DNA of 63,474 nt, counting the filler, from Octopus bimaculoides (taxonomy: Eukaryota): the NCBI RefSeq assembly GCF_001194135.2. It is 6 parts of 6 records of this genome, joined end to end, with 100 filler letters (N's around TTAATTAATTAA, not from the genome) between each part and the next. Parts side by side here need not be neighbours in the genome. Positions count along the whole stretch, not along the records: positions 13,858 to 27,266 come from NC_068997.1; 5 more parts are not named here. One strand, written 5' to 3'. Numbering within the stretch: the stretch's first letter is position 1; the number at the start of each line of letters is the position of its first letter. Made by a program: the position numbers and the translations under genes. Positions 14,819 through 24,647 of this stretch are shown piece by piece. The notes beneath the pieces are model-generated. The model had not been told where the DNA came from and did no database searches. It saw only the letters and a list, made by a program, of their open reading frames with translations.

Positions 14819-15443
14819 CACCAGCGCCTGTTCTGGCGCCGTTATTCTACATATCGCTGGCGAGGACATGAATTGCTGCTGTCGTTAGCGGTCGTTGACA
14901 AAACCAAGGAAGGACAAAATGGCGTGATCTGGTGATCTCGGCGCTGGAGGTAGCATGGCTTTATCTCTCTGCTAAGAATATAGTCAAGAATGCATTTTGC
15001 ACCAAAAACCAGTATGAGAGTTTCTCTCATGGTAACTACACCAGTATAGTTTGTTCTAAAAGAACATCTGCATTTAAGTAGAGATAAACATTACCGCTTG
15101 GTATTAATACTGCACCTGTCACTAATATATATTTTTTAACAAGCTCAGTGGCTAATCACAGCACCAGCACCTGTCCTGGTACTTATTTTCTATATATCGT
15201 TGGCGGGGAGATGAATCGTTGCTACCTCTAGTGGTCGAGCGTCCCTCATTGACAAGACCAAGGAAAGTCGAAATCACGTGATCTGGTGACCTCGGTGATG
15301 AAGGTGGCGGGGATTTATCTTGCCGCTAGCAATATAAGCAAGAGTTCATTTTGCATCAAAAAGCCAACATGAGAGTTTCTCACATGGTATCTACTGCAGT
15401 ATAATTTGTTCTAAAAGAACCGCTACGTTTAAGTAAGGATAAA
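14819..15443. repeat. Diverged tandem duplication, ~270-280 bp unit, 343-bp period
   Basis: 14819-15088 aligns with 15162-15443; shared blocks include cgtgatctggtga, atgagagtttctc and tttgttctaaaagaac. Confidence 0.85.
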
Positions 15444-16192
15444 TACGAGTCTTTGTGATACAGTTTTAGGAAATCGCATGTAAGGCTGGCAATAGTGATC
15501 ATCTGACATTGTGAAATCTAGTATTTATATTGACGTTGAATATCGGAGTTGCTGAAGCTCGGGAAGAATTTTCTGCAAGACTGCCTCATTTGACTGTATA
15601 GCAATTACCGCAGAAGGGGAGACTGAGTTGTCATGACATCATTGTGTAGACTGTTGATCGTTTTCTCTATATATATGTGTATGTATGTATGTATTATGTA
15701 TGTATGTATGTATGTATGTAGAGAGGAGTAAGCAGAAAGATAGAGAAATATATTTACAAACACACAAGCACGCCTATCCACACACTCAAATACATACTCA
15801 CACATACGTACATGTATATACAATTAGATGAACTGAGGTAGGAATAGAAGTAATAAAAGTCATTATTGTGAACTGTTAAAGAGATTTATATATATATATA
15901 TNNNNNNNNNNNNNNNNNNNNNNNNNNNNNNNNNNNNNNNNNNNNNNNNNNNNNNNNNNNNNNNNNNNNNNNNNNNNNNNNNNNNNNNNNNNNNNNNNNN
16001 NNNNNNNNNNNNNNNNNNNNNNNNNNNNNNNNNNNNNNNNNNNNNNNNNNNNNNNNNNNNNNNNNNNNNNNNNNNNNNNNNNNNNNNNNNNNNNNNNNNN
16101 NNNNNNNNNNNNNNNNNNNNNNNNNNNNNNNNNNNNNNNNNNNNNNNNNNNNNNNNNNNNNNNNNNNNNNNNNNNNNNNNNNNNNNNNNNNN

Positions 16193-17396
16193 GGTCATCC
16201 CATAAAAAATACGTTTTTTTTATACTTCTTTTATCTTTCAAAATTAATATAAGCAAAGTTCTTTTTTAATCTAAAATATACTCTCCTTCATTTTCCACAA
16301 TGCTCTTCCATCTATCTGGGAGACTTGCAAGGTTCCTCTTCCAAAATTCGCTTGTCCGTGACAAAAAATACTCCTCCAGCACTCTACTGACTTCTTCTGC
16401 AGAATTCATATTTTTTCCGTCCGAATGATTTTGAAGACTGCGGAAGAAATGATAATCAGATTGGGGAAATGTCCGTCGAATCAAGTGGGTGGGGTATCGT
16501 TTCTCATTCAAACTGCTCCAACCCTTGCAAAATCATCCTCGCTGTATGTGACCGAGCATTATCCTGATGGAAGGACACCTCTCGTCTTGAAACCAGAGAT
16601 GGTTGTTTTTCTACTAGTGCTGACTTAAGCCGCTCGAGCTGCTTGCAGTAGATATCCTTTGTTATCGTTTGGGTTGGCTGTAAAAGTTCAAAGTGGACTA
16701 AACCTTTCATATCCCACCAAACAGATAACAACATCTTATGTGGGAGAAGACCTTCTTTAACTTGGGTTGCCGGTGTTTCTCCTTTCCATACCGTCTTCGG
16801 CGTTTGACATTTTTATAGAGAACCCATTTCTCATCACCAGTCACTATTCAGTCCAAAACAGGTTCATGAGGTCTGCCAACAAAGAAGAGCACACATTCAC
16901 TCTCTACGCGTGATTAGACTCGGAAAGTTTGTGAGGAACCCATTGACTCAATTTGCTGACATTTCCGATGGCATGCAGGTGTCGATGATTGGTTGAATGA
17001 CCAAATCCAAGATTCTCTGCTAGTTCCTCAACAGTTACGATGGGAGTTTGTTCCACCATGGTTTGCAGGACGTCTTCTAGGTTGTAGTTTCCGGCTCGGA
17101 ACTTCTGGAACTTTCGTTGACACTGGCTTACACTTATTGTCCGTTCCCCATATTCTTCGCACTTTCCGTTGTATTGTTGCAAAATATGCCGAATATGCTC
17201 TTTGTCACTTCCATTATAACTTTGAAAAAATAACTGTTAAAATCGAACTGCACTCTTCAAAACTTGCACTAAGAAAAAGCACATAGGTAAAATTACTACC
17301 TGCTTTTATAGCAAGTTGATGTAGGTAGTTTATACCGCCCCACTCCGACCTTTAGTTCATGCAATTGAAAAAAAAACACATTATTTATGGGATGAC

Positions 17397-17400
<4 letters not shown>
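16193..17400 (-). mobile_element. Mariner (DD34D) DNA transposon with pseudogenised transposase
   Basis: TIRs ggtcatcccataaaaaatac / ttatttatgggatgacccaa+TA. Motifs WVPHKL, LSVWWD, FHQDNARSH and DISPSDYH; 34 residues lie between the 2nd and 3rd catalytic D after correcting one frameshift. Confidence 0.93.
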
Positions 17401-17428
<28 letters not shown>

Positions 17429-17870
17429 NNNNNNNNNNNNNNNNNNNNNNNNNNNNNNNNNNNNNNNNNNNNNNNNNNNNNNNNNNNNNNNNNNNNNNNN
17501 NNNNNNNNNNNNNNNNNNNNNNNNNNNNNNNNNNNNNNNNNNNNNNNNNNNNNNNNNNNNNNNNNNNNNNNNNNNNNNNNNNNNNNNNNNNNNNNNNNNN
17601 NNNNNNNNNNNNNNNNNNNNNNNNNNNNNNNNNNNNNNNNNNNNNNNNNNNNNNNNNNNNNNNNNNNNNNNNNNNNNNNNNNNNNNNNNNNNNNNNNNNN
17701 NNNNNNNNNNNNNNNNNNNNNNNNNNNNNNNNNNNNNNNNNNNNNNNNNNNNNNNNNNNNNNNNNNNNNNNNNNNNNNNNNNNNNNNNNNNNNNNNNNNN
17801 NNNNNNNNNNNNNNNNNNNNNNNNNNNNNNNNNNNNNNNNNNNNNNNNNNNNNNNNNNNNNNNNNNNNNN

Positions 17871-18147
17871 NAAAACTGAAAGAAACCCGTCGTATATATG
17901 TATTTATATATATATATATGTATGTGTGTATATGTTTGTGTGTCTGTGCTTGTCCCCCAACATCGCTTGACAACCGATGCTGGTGTGTTTACATCCCCGT
18001 AACTTAGCGGTTCGGCAAAAGTCACCGATAGAATAAGTACTAGGCTTACAAAGAATGAGTCCTGGGGTCGATTTGCTCGACTAAAGGCAGTGCTCCAGCA
18101 TGGCCGCAGTCAAATGACTGAAACAAATGAAAGAGAGAGTAAAGAGA
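17871..18147 (+). mobile_element. SINE family A, 3' part (head lost in gap)
   Basis: cgcttgacaaccgatgctggtgtg...ggggtcgatttgctcgactaaaggc...gcatggccgcagtcaaatgactgaaac. Confidence 0.9.
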
Positions 18148-18154
18148 GTATATC

Positions 18155-18370
18155 ATCAGCACCATCATGAGGATCCCTTATCGTATGCAGCCAGTCGTTA
18201 GGGTGACACTCTAGACACTTTCGTAGTCAGCCATCACCACTGGTCCCTGTTCTCTGTCGTGCATTGCAGGTTCACTGTGTTGTGACCTGTCCAGTCCATG
18301 AGGTTGTCAAGAATGGTTTTGGACAGGGAGTTGTGATGGAATACATGACCTTACCAGGCAAGCTTTCATC
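18155..18370 (-). mobile_element. RTE-clade LINE, 3' end remnant
   Basis: KLAW*GHVFHHNSLSKTILD...ENRDQW matches the RTE C-terminal W.GHV.R...L.K.IL.G pattern; short TGA-type tail. Confidence 0.75.
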
Positions 18371-18399
18371 TTTTTACCTTTTTACCTTTTTACTCTGGG

Positions 18400-18821
18400 T
18401 TTCCAGAATTGTTCTTCTTATGGACTTCTTGGGGCTTCGCAAGAGCTTCTCTGGCGAACCCCCTCGACCGTCTCTTCCGATGTTAATGGTCGTCCAGATC
18501 CTTTTGCTCTGCACGGGCAGCGTTTGAATTTTTTGTTTGCCACGTTCAAATCTGCATTACCGTTGGTTACTTTTTAGAGAACTCTCACACAAATGCACGC
18601 TGCAGTCTTGTTCGACTGTGGTCGAGCATACTCCAATACACAAAGCGCCTTTTCTCTTCCAGTGAATGCTATTTCTATACCTGAAAAGATAAACATATCA
18701 AACATTAAACATAAAATTTTAACCTGTTTCTATACATGCTGTTAAAATTTTAAGTCCTTTCAACAAGAACTGGCGAAGTTATTAGATTGCGAAATGATAT
18801 CAAATTTAATGAAATACCCTG
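18400..18821 (-). mobile_element. Tc1/mariner-superfamily 5' remnant with DUF4817-like HTH
   Basis: Terminus TA|CAGGGT at 18821. Translation across frameshifts: EKALCVLEYARPQSNKT..QRAFVREFSKK and KGSGRPLTSEETVE. Confidence 0.7.
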
Positions 18822-19314
18822 TATATCCCGGTATCCTTCTTGTATATCCTAGGAGATAGAGTACGTCTGATAGTACCTATTGATTATACTGTGAATATGT
18901 TCACTTGTTATAACTGCTTACAATGAGATGTGATGAGCAGTGGAACATTTAAATGTCTTTCCTAGGACTGAAATCAATAAATTTGATTTATTCCATTGTT
19001 AAACGTTGAATTTAACCCCAATTTCTTTTATATAACGCTTGAAGTAGCTTACTATGTGTATGTTGTTTTAATTAAATGCAAGTTATCACCTCTGTCTTTT
19101 ATATACGTATTTGACAATACGTATATATGTAAGATTTCTTAAGGACTGTTTACAACTTTGAGAAAAAAACGTTTCACAATCCTCACTGAGAACAATGCAT
19201 CATTAAGAAAGATTGAAATCCTGATGATTTGGTTGCTGCAGATGTTCCCTCGGTAAATTTAGGTTATAACAGGAACTTACATACGTTCAAGGCTAATAAT
19301 GAAAATGTCCTTTA

Positions 19315-19440
19315 TCTTAATCTTTTACTTGTTCCGATCATTAGACTGCTGCCGTGCTGGAACACCGCCTTAAAAAAAATTTAGTCGAATGAATCGACTC
19401 CAGTATTTATTCTATCACTATCTCTTGCCGAATCGCTATC
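19315..19440 (-). mobile_element. SINE family A tail, interrupted at ~19440
   Basis: cattagactgctgccgtgctggaacaccgcc...tagtcgaatgaatcgactccagt. A family A head and body lies at 20380-20500, consistent with one split copy. Confidence 0.7.
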
Positions 19441-19444
19441 TCTT

Positions 19445-19866
19445 GCTAAATAGCAGTAGTATTATTCACTTCATGGGACTGTCACATTAAGTTGACAGCA
19501 TACAACTACTTTATCGCATCACTACTGCATAAATCTCTTTGAGAGATTTAGAAATGTATAATTTCTATTTCTGAAATCAGTGAATGCGTTTCACTAGAAT
19601 TATTATATGTTTACGAGAGCTTGACAGGCATCTCCAACTAGCAGGCCATTGCTACTCCAGACTGATGAGGAGCAAAGACTCAGAAACATGTCTCTGGATG
19701 CAGGCTTAGCTAAGTGGAGGTGCTTGTCTCCCTCTTGTAAACATAAGGACACAGGAAATGTGTCAAGGTCGACAGGAAGCGGTGCTACTTCCTAGGGCTA
19801 AATAGCAGTAGTATTATTCCCTTCATGGGACTGTCACATTAAGTTGACAGCGTACAACTACTTTAT
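19445..19866 (+). mobile_element. Candidate non-LTR retrozyme (352-bp monomer plus 70-bp terminal direct repeat)
   Basis: Direct repeats 19445-19514 and 19797-19866 match at 68/70. The interior has a hammerhead fold and several hairpins and no ORF. Confidence 0.6.
19623..19728 (+). ncRNA. Type I hammerhead ribozyme-like motif (one stem II mismatch)
   Basis: tccaga-CTGATGA-GGAG caaaga CTCA-GAAAC-at-GTC-tctgga. Stem I is extended by a 14-bp helix, 19623-19636/19715-19728. Confidence 0.7.
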
Positions 19867-20286
19867 TTATTTATATATATATATATATATNNNNNNNNNN
19901 NNNNNNNNNNNNNNNNNNNNNNNNNNNNNNNNNNNNNNNNNNNNNNNNNNNNNNNNNNNNNNNNNNNNNNNNNNNNNNNNNNNNNNNNNNNNNNNNNNNN
20001 NNNNNNNNNNNNNNNNNNNNNNNNNNNNNNNNNNNNNNNNNNNNNNNNNNNNNNNNNNNNNNNNNNNNNNNNNNNNNNNNNNNNNNNNNNNNNNNNNNNN
20101 NNNNNNNNNNNNNNNNNNNNNNNNNNNNNNNNNNNNNNNNNNNNNNNNNNNNNNNNNNNNNNNNNNNNNNNNNNNNNNNNNNNNNNNNNNNNNNNNNNNN
20201 NNNNNNNNNNNNNNNNNNNNNNNNNNNNNNNNNNNNNNNNNNNNNNNNNNNNNNNNNNNNNNNNNNNNNNNNNNNNNNNNNNNNNN

Positions 20287-20318
<32 letters not shown>

Positions 20319-20379
20319 TCTAAACAACACTTTGTTACGCATTTATGTGCTTACTTTGGTATACAAATTCATCGGACTT

Positions 20380-20500
20380 CTTTCAGTTTCTATCTACCAA
20401 CTCCACTCGCAAGGCTTTGGTCAGCCCAATGTTATGATAGAAAACACTTGCCCAAGGTACCATGCAGTGAGAATGAACCCTGAACCATGTGGTTGGGATA
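20380..20500 (-). mobile_element. SINE family A, 5' part
   Basis: cttctttcagtttctatctacc...cacttgcccaagg...gaaccatgtggttggga. Confidence 0.8.
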
Positions 20501-21006
20501 CAAACATGACAGAACTCTTGCACCAGCTCCGATGTGGCAATGCAATATCTTATAACTCGGCTTTTTCTTCGGTTACTACATGTATAACTATATACGTTTT
20601 CAGATATGTATATTACATTTGCTTGTAAATAAGATGAATCTACTTTAATCGTTTTCTCTGTGTGCCATCTTTTTACTTAAGGGCTCCTTCTAAGAAAACT
20701 TCGATTCAATCCAAAACTTAAAAGCTCTATAAAAGAAAGTATTTCTTCTGTCGAGAATCTTTCGTGAATCATAACTAGAAGTCATTTCTGGCCCCCTAAA
20801 TCGGTGAGGGTCACTTGTACTACCTATATTTTATACTGAGATCAGAGTATTTAATGTACACAAACGTGTGTGTGTGTAAGTAGATAGATAGATAGATAGA
20901 TAGATANNNNNNNNNNNNNNNNNNNNNNNNNNNNNNNNNNNNNNNNNNNNNNNNNNNNNNNNNNNNNNNNNNNNNNNNNNNNNNNNNNNNNNNNNNNNNN
21001 NNNNNN

Positions 21007-21048
<42 letters not shown>

Positions 21049-21685
21049 GAACGAATCAGTAAATCTACTTAAAGAGATTTGGAAAACTTTAATATGCATA
21101 TGTATGGATACAAGTGTGTATACAATACCTACCTATATAGTTGAATATGTTTACAAAGATTATATGTATAGTGTTATTACTGAAGTATGTATGTATATAG
21201 CGATATATATTCATGTATAAAAATACATGTATATCTACTAGCCAATACAATGTGGGTGTCTTGGAGGGGACAATGTTACTGATGTCTTTAGCCCCCAAGA
21301 AACATCGTTTCTGGTTGGTTATAAGGATGCACTATGTCCTTATAGCCAACCAGAAATATTTTCGAACAGGGAGCTCATCATTCCCATCTAGCGCAAAACA
21401 ACATATGTGGACTAGTTTCTGGGTTATTGCTCTTTATTAACACAGAGTAGCTGCTATGGCCAGATGGCGTTGGTGCATTCACCGTTCGAACATATAGTTT
21501 TCAAAGTGGCACACAGTCACTGATCAAAAAATAGAAATATTATTATTCCTAAATCTCTCAAAGAGAGACATTCAGTGACAATTCTTTATACATACACGTA
21601 TACAAACATGCACACATACATACATAGATACATACATGCATACGTACATACATACATACATACATACATACATACATACATACAT

Positions 21686-21736
<51 letters not shown>

Positions 21737-21738
<2 letters not shown>

Positions 21739-23011
21739 AGGGTTGGACAAAATAATGGAAACACCTTAAAATTTCAAACAAATTTATTTTAATATGGGGT
21801 AGGACCGTCTTTGGCAGTAATTACACTTTGAATTCTACGAGGTATGAACTCGTAAAAAGTTTGAATTGTTTCCAAAGGAAGTTTTGTCCATTCTTCAGCT
21901 AAAACAGTCTCCAGTTCTTGTAGTGATGATGGTGGAGGATATTGACTCCTTACTTATTTTTCTAAAATGCACCATAAATGTTCAATGATATTGAGATCTA
22001 GGAGACTGTGGTGGCCAGATAAGATGTTCAACGTCACTAGAATGTTCCTCGTACCATTCAGTAACAATTTTAGCTGTGTGAATTGATGCATTATCCTCCT
22101 GAAAGATTGCGTTTCCCTCCAAAACCAGTTCCACAACCATAGGATGAATCTGATCAGATTAAATGCTCAAATAGTCTTGACTATTAATTCTGCCATGAAG
22201 GAAAACCATTGGGCCGGTGGCTTTCCAAGATATAGCCCCTTACACCATCACAGATCCTCCTCCATGTTTAATAGTTGGAAGAAGGCAGTCTGGGTCAAAT
22301 GCATCTTTTGGCTGTCTCCACACGTATACTCGGCCGGTGGTCGGAAATAAGGTAAAGGATGACTCGTCCGAAAAAATAACATTCTTCCACTACTCTAGGG
22401 ACCAATTCTGTAGGTTTTTACTCCACTCTAAACGTTTTGCAACATTTGTTTTTGAATGTAGTGATTTTCTGATTGCAGCCCTCCCGTGAAATCCGGCTAT
22501 GTGCAGCTCCCGGTGAACAGTTTTTTGTTGAAACTAGGTTCTCAAGGTGGTCATTAAGCTCTGCAATAATTTTGGGAGCTGTACTTTTGTGATCCTTTCT
22601 AACAATTTGGGTAAGAGTCCGACGGTCTCTATCTGAAAGTTTTGGTTTTCTTCCGGAGTTTTGTTTCGACGAGGAGGTTTTTCCCTCTTTCTCAAAGGTT
22701 ATCATTACTATTGAGACAGTACTTCTTGATACACTAAACATTTCAGCTGTTTTCGTTACGCTAGCGCCTGCCATACGAGCACCAACAATTTGACCTCTTT
22801 GAAAGTCCGATAGATCTGTCATTTTAATGAATTTTAATTACCTTTTTCTGATGATATCTGAAAAGAAAGAGCAATTTTAGCAAAACATATTAAGCAACAC
22901 TAATAATAAATCAAAAAACATAAAAATAAACAAGCTTTTGACGGTTTTATAGATATTTCAAAATTATGATGCTATGATGCTAGGTGTTTCCATTATTTTG
23001 TCCAACCCCTG
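21737..23011 (-). mobile_element. Full-length Tc1-family transposon (DD36E spacing) with pseudogenised transposase
   Basis: TA-flanked 30-bp TIRs with 1 mismatch (caagggttggacaaaataatggaaacacct). ORF from 22822 MTDLSDFQRGQIVGARMAG...GRKPKLS; motifs IFSDESSF, FQEDNASIH and WPPQSP/DLNIIEHLW. Confidence 0.95.
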
Positions 23012-23149
23012 TATATATACACAAACACACACATATATATACATACATACGTACATTCATGTACCTCCTGCATACATATACACACATAGACATATACATG
23101 CAACATATGTGGTGCGTGTGTGTGTGTGTGTGTGTATGAGAGAGAAATA

Positions 23150-23338
23150 GAGCGAGGGAGAGAGAGATAGAGCAAGGGGGAGAGAGATAGAGCGAGGGGG
23201 AGAGAGATAGAGCGAGGGGGAGAGAGATNNNNNNNNNNNNNNNNNNNNNNNNNNNNNNNNNNNNNNNNNNNNNNNNNNNAAGGGGGAGAGAGATAGAGCG
23301 AGGGGGAGAGAGATAGAGCGAGGGGGAGAGAGATAGAG
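23150..23338. repeat. 20-bp purine-rich minisatellite (GAGAGATAGAGCGAGGGGGA)n
   Basis: Units are visible on both sides of a 51-N gap. Confidence 0.9.
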
Positions 23339-23559
23339 TAAAGGAGAATTTTGATTTAAGATAAAAAAATGAAATCAACCGCTAAAGATGCAACGTTGTT
23401 ATCAACGTTTCTGTGATATAATTCATATGACGTAATTTATAAACATAAAAATAAATATTTTGAGAAAAATGTGCTTAATTATCATAAACATATCGTTGCT
23501 TACAAAAAGAACTCCATAGCTATGGTATATATGCTATTCTAATCACTGCTGCAATAGCA

Positions 23560-24570
23560 TGGCAGTGTCAGCATTGTATGACGATTCTCAGTCAGGACAA
23601 GTATGAACTAATTAGATGATGAAGTAGTTACTGTCCGAAATCTAGCAAAGTCACAAAGAAAACATCTGCTTCTGTCAGATGTCAATGATGAGCGAAGAGA
23701 GTGGAGGAAACGTCAGTTGTTCTCAGAGGAGTGTATTTTCTGCCATTTAAATAAATTGAAGCATCTCGGAATAATGGCAGGAAAAGACCATAGCGTAAAG
23801 CTAAGAAAGGTTCAGAGCGAGAATAGAACTATGCATGATGAGAAGGATCTAGAAGCCATTGTTAGAAGCCATACATAATATGTAGTATCCATTTGATGTT
23901 GAGGAAACAGATCTTTCAACAGTCTTCGGATGTTGTTGATCCTCTTGTAACGAAAAACTGCAACAGGAAAGCAACGCCTCTGACCCAATAAAGAGTCAGA
24001 TCTTTCATCCTTTGAGATAATGAAAAAAACAAAGACAGCTACAAAAGTTAAAGGAAGAAGTGTGACACTGATGACCGATAGGAAACTCCTTGCACGTTTG
24101 TCTCTATTGATAGGAAACGTTGATATGTAAATCATCTGCAAGGTTGATTTACTGTCTTGACCAATTACCACTAACTTTCGCTTCAGACCAACAAGGTGTC
24201 ACTCATGCACCATCGAGAGTTTGCAGCGGAACTGCAAGAGGCATTTGGATCGTGCATGTTGCAACAGTTGAACTTTTTTGCACTTACGACCTACCTGCTA
24301 GCAGTTTCTTTTACATTGAAAATAGCTGACCAACAAATAGCGAGTGAGATCCATTTTGTGAAAAACAAGTCCCCAAACATAAGCCTCAATAATACAGAAA
24401 GAAGTCGTCGTACTGCCACAGGATTACAAGTCATCAAAATTCAACCAGACAACACAAACTAGAAGCAAACGGCCCAATGGAAGAAGTTCTTAGGTGCCAG
24501 CGAGAATAAAGAATCGTTTGCAGAGTACTTCTTTCATGCTTGACAGAAGTACTCATCAGGTATATACAAC
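23560..24570 (+). mobile_element. Possible Academ-like DNA transposon remnant
   Basis: Fragments DRKLLARLSLL, SLNNTERSRR and WKKFLGASENKESFAEYF resemble my recollection of Academ XPG-like regions; many stops. Confidence 0.4.
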
Positions 24571-24576
24571 AACAAC

Positions 24577-24578
<2 letters not shown>

Positions 24579-24647
<69 letters not shown>
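24579..24647. repeat. (TAA)23 microsatellite at the 5' junction of the LINE
   Basis: Directly visible. Confidence 0.97.

Noticed and set aside
14819-15443. Mutually exclusive duplicated exons
   Set aside because: Testing the conserved AG and GT pairs on both strands gave stops or a frame-breaking indel in at least one copy.
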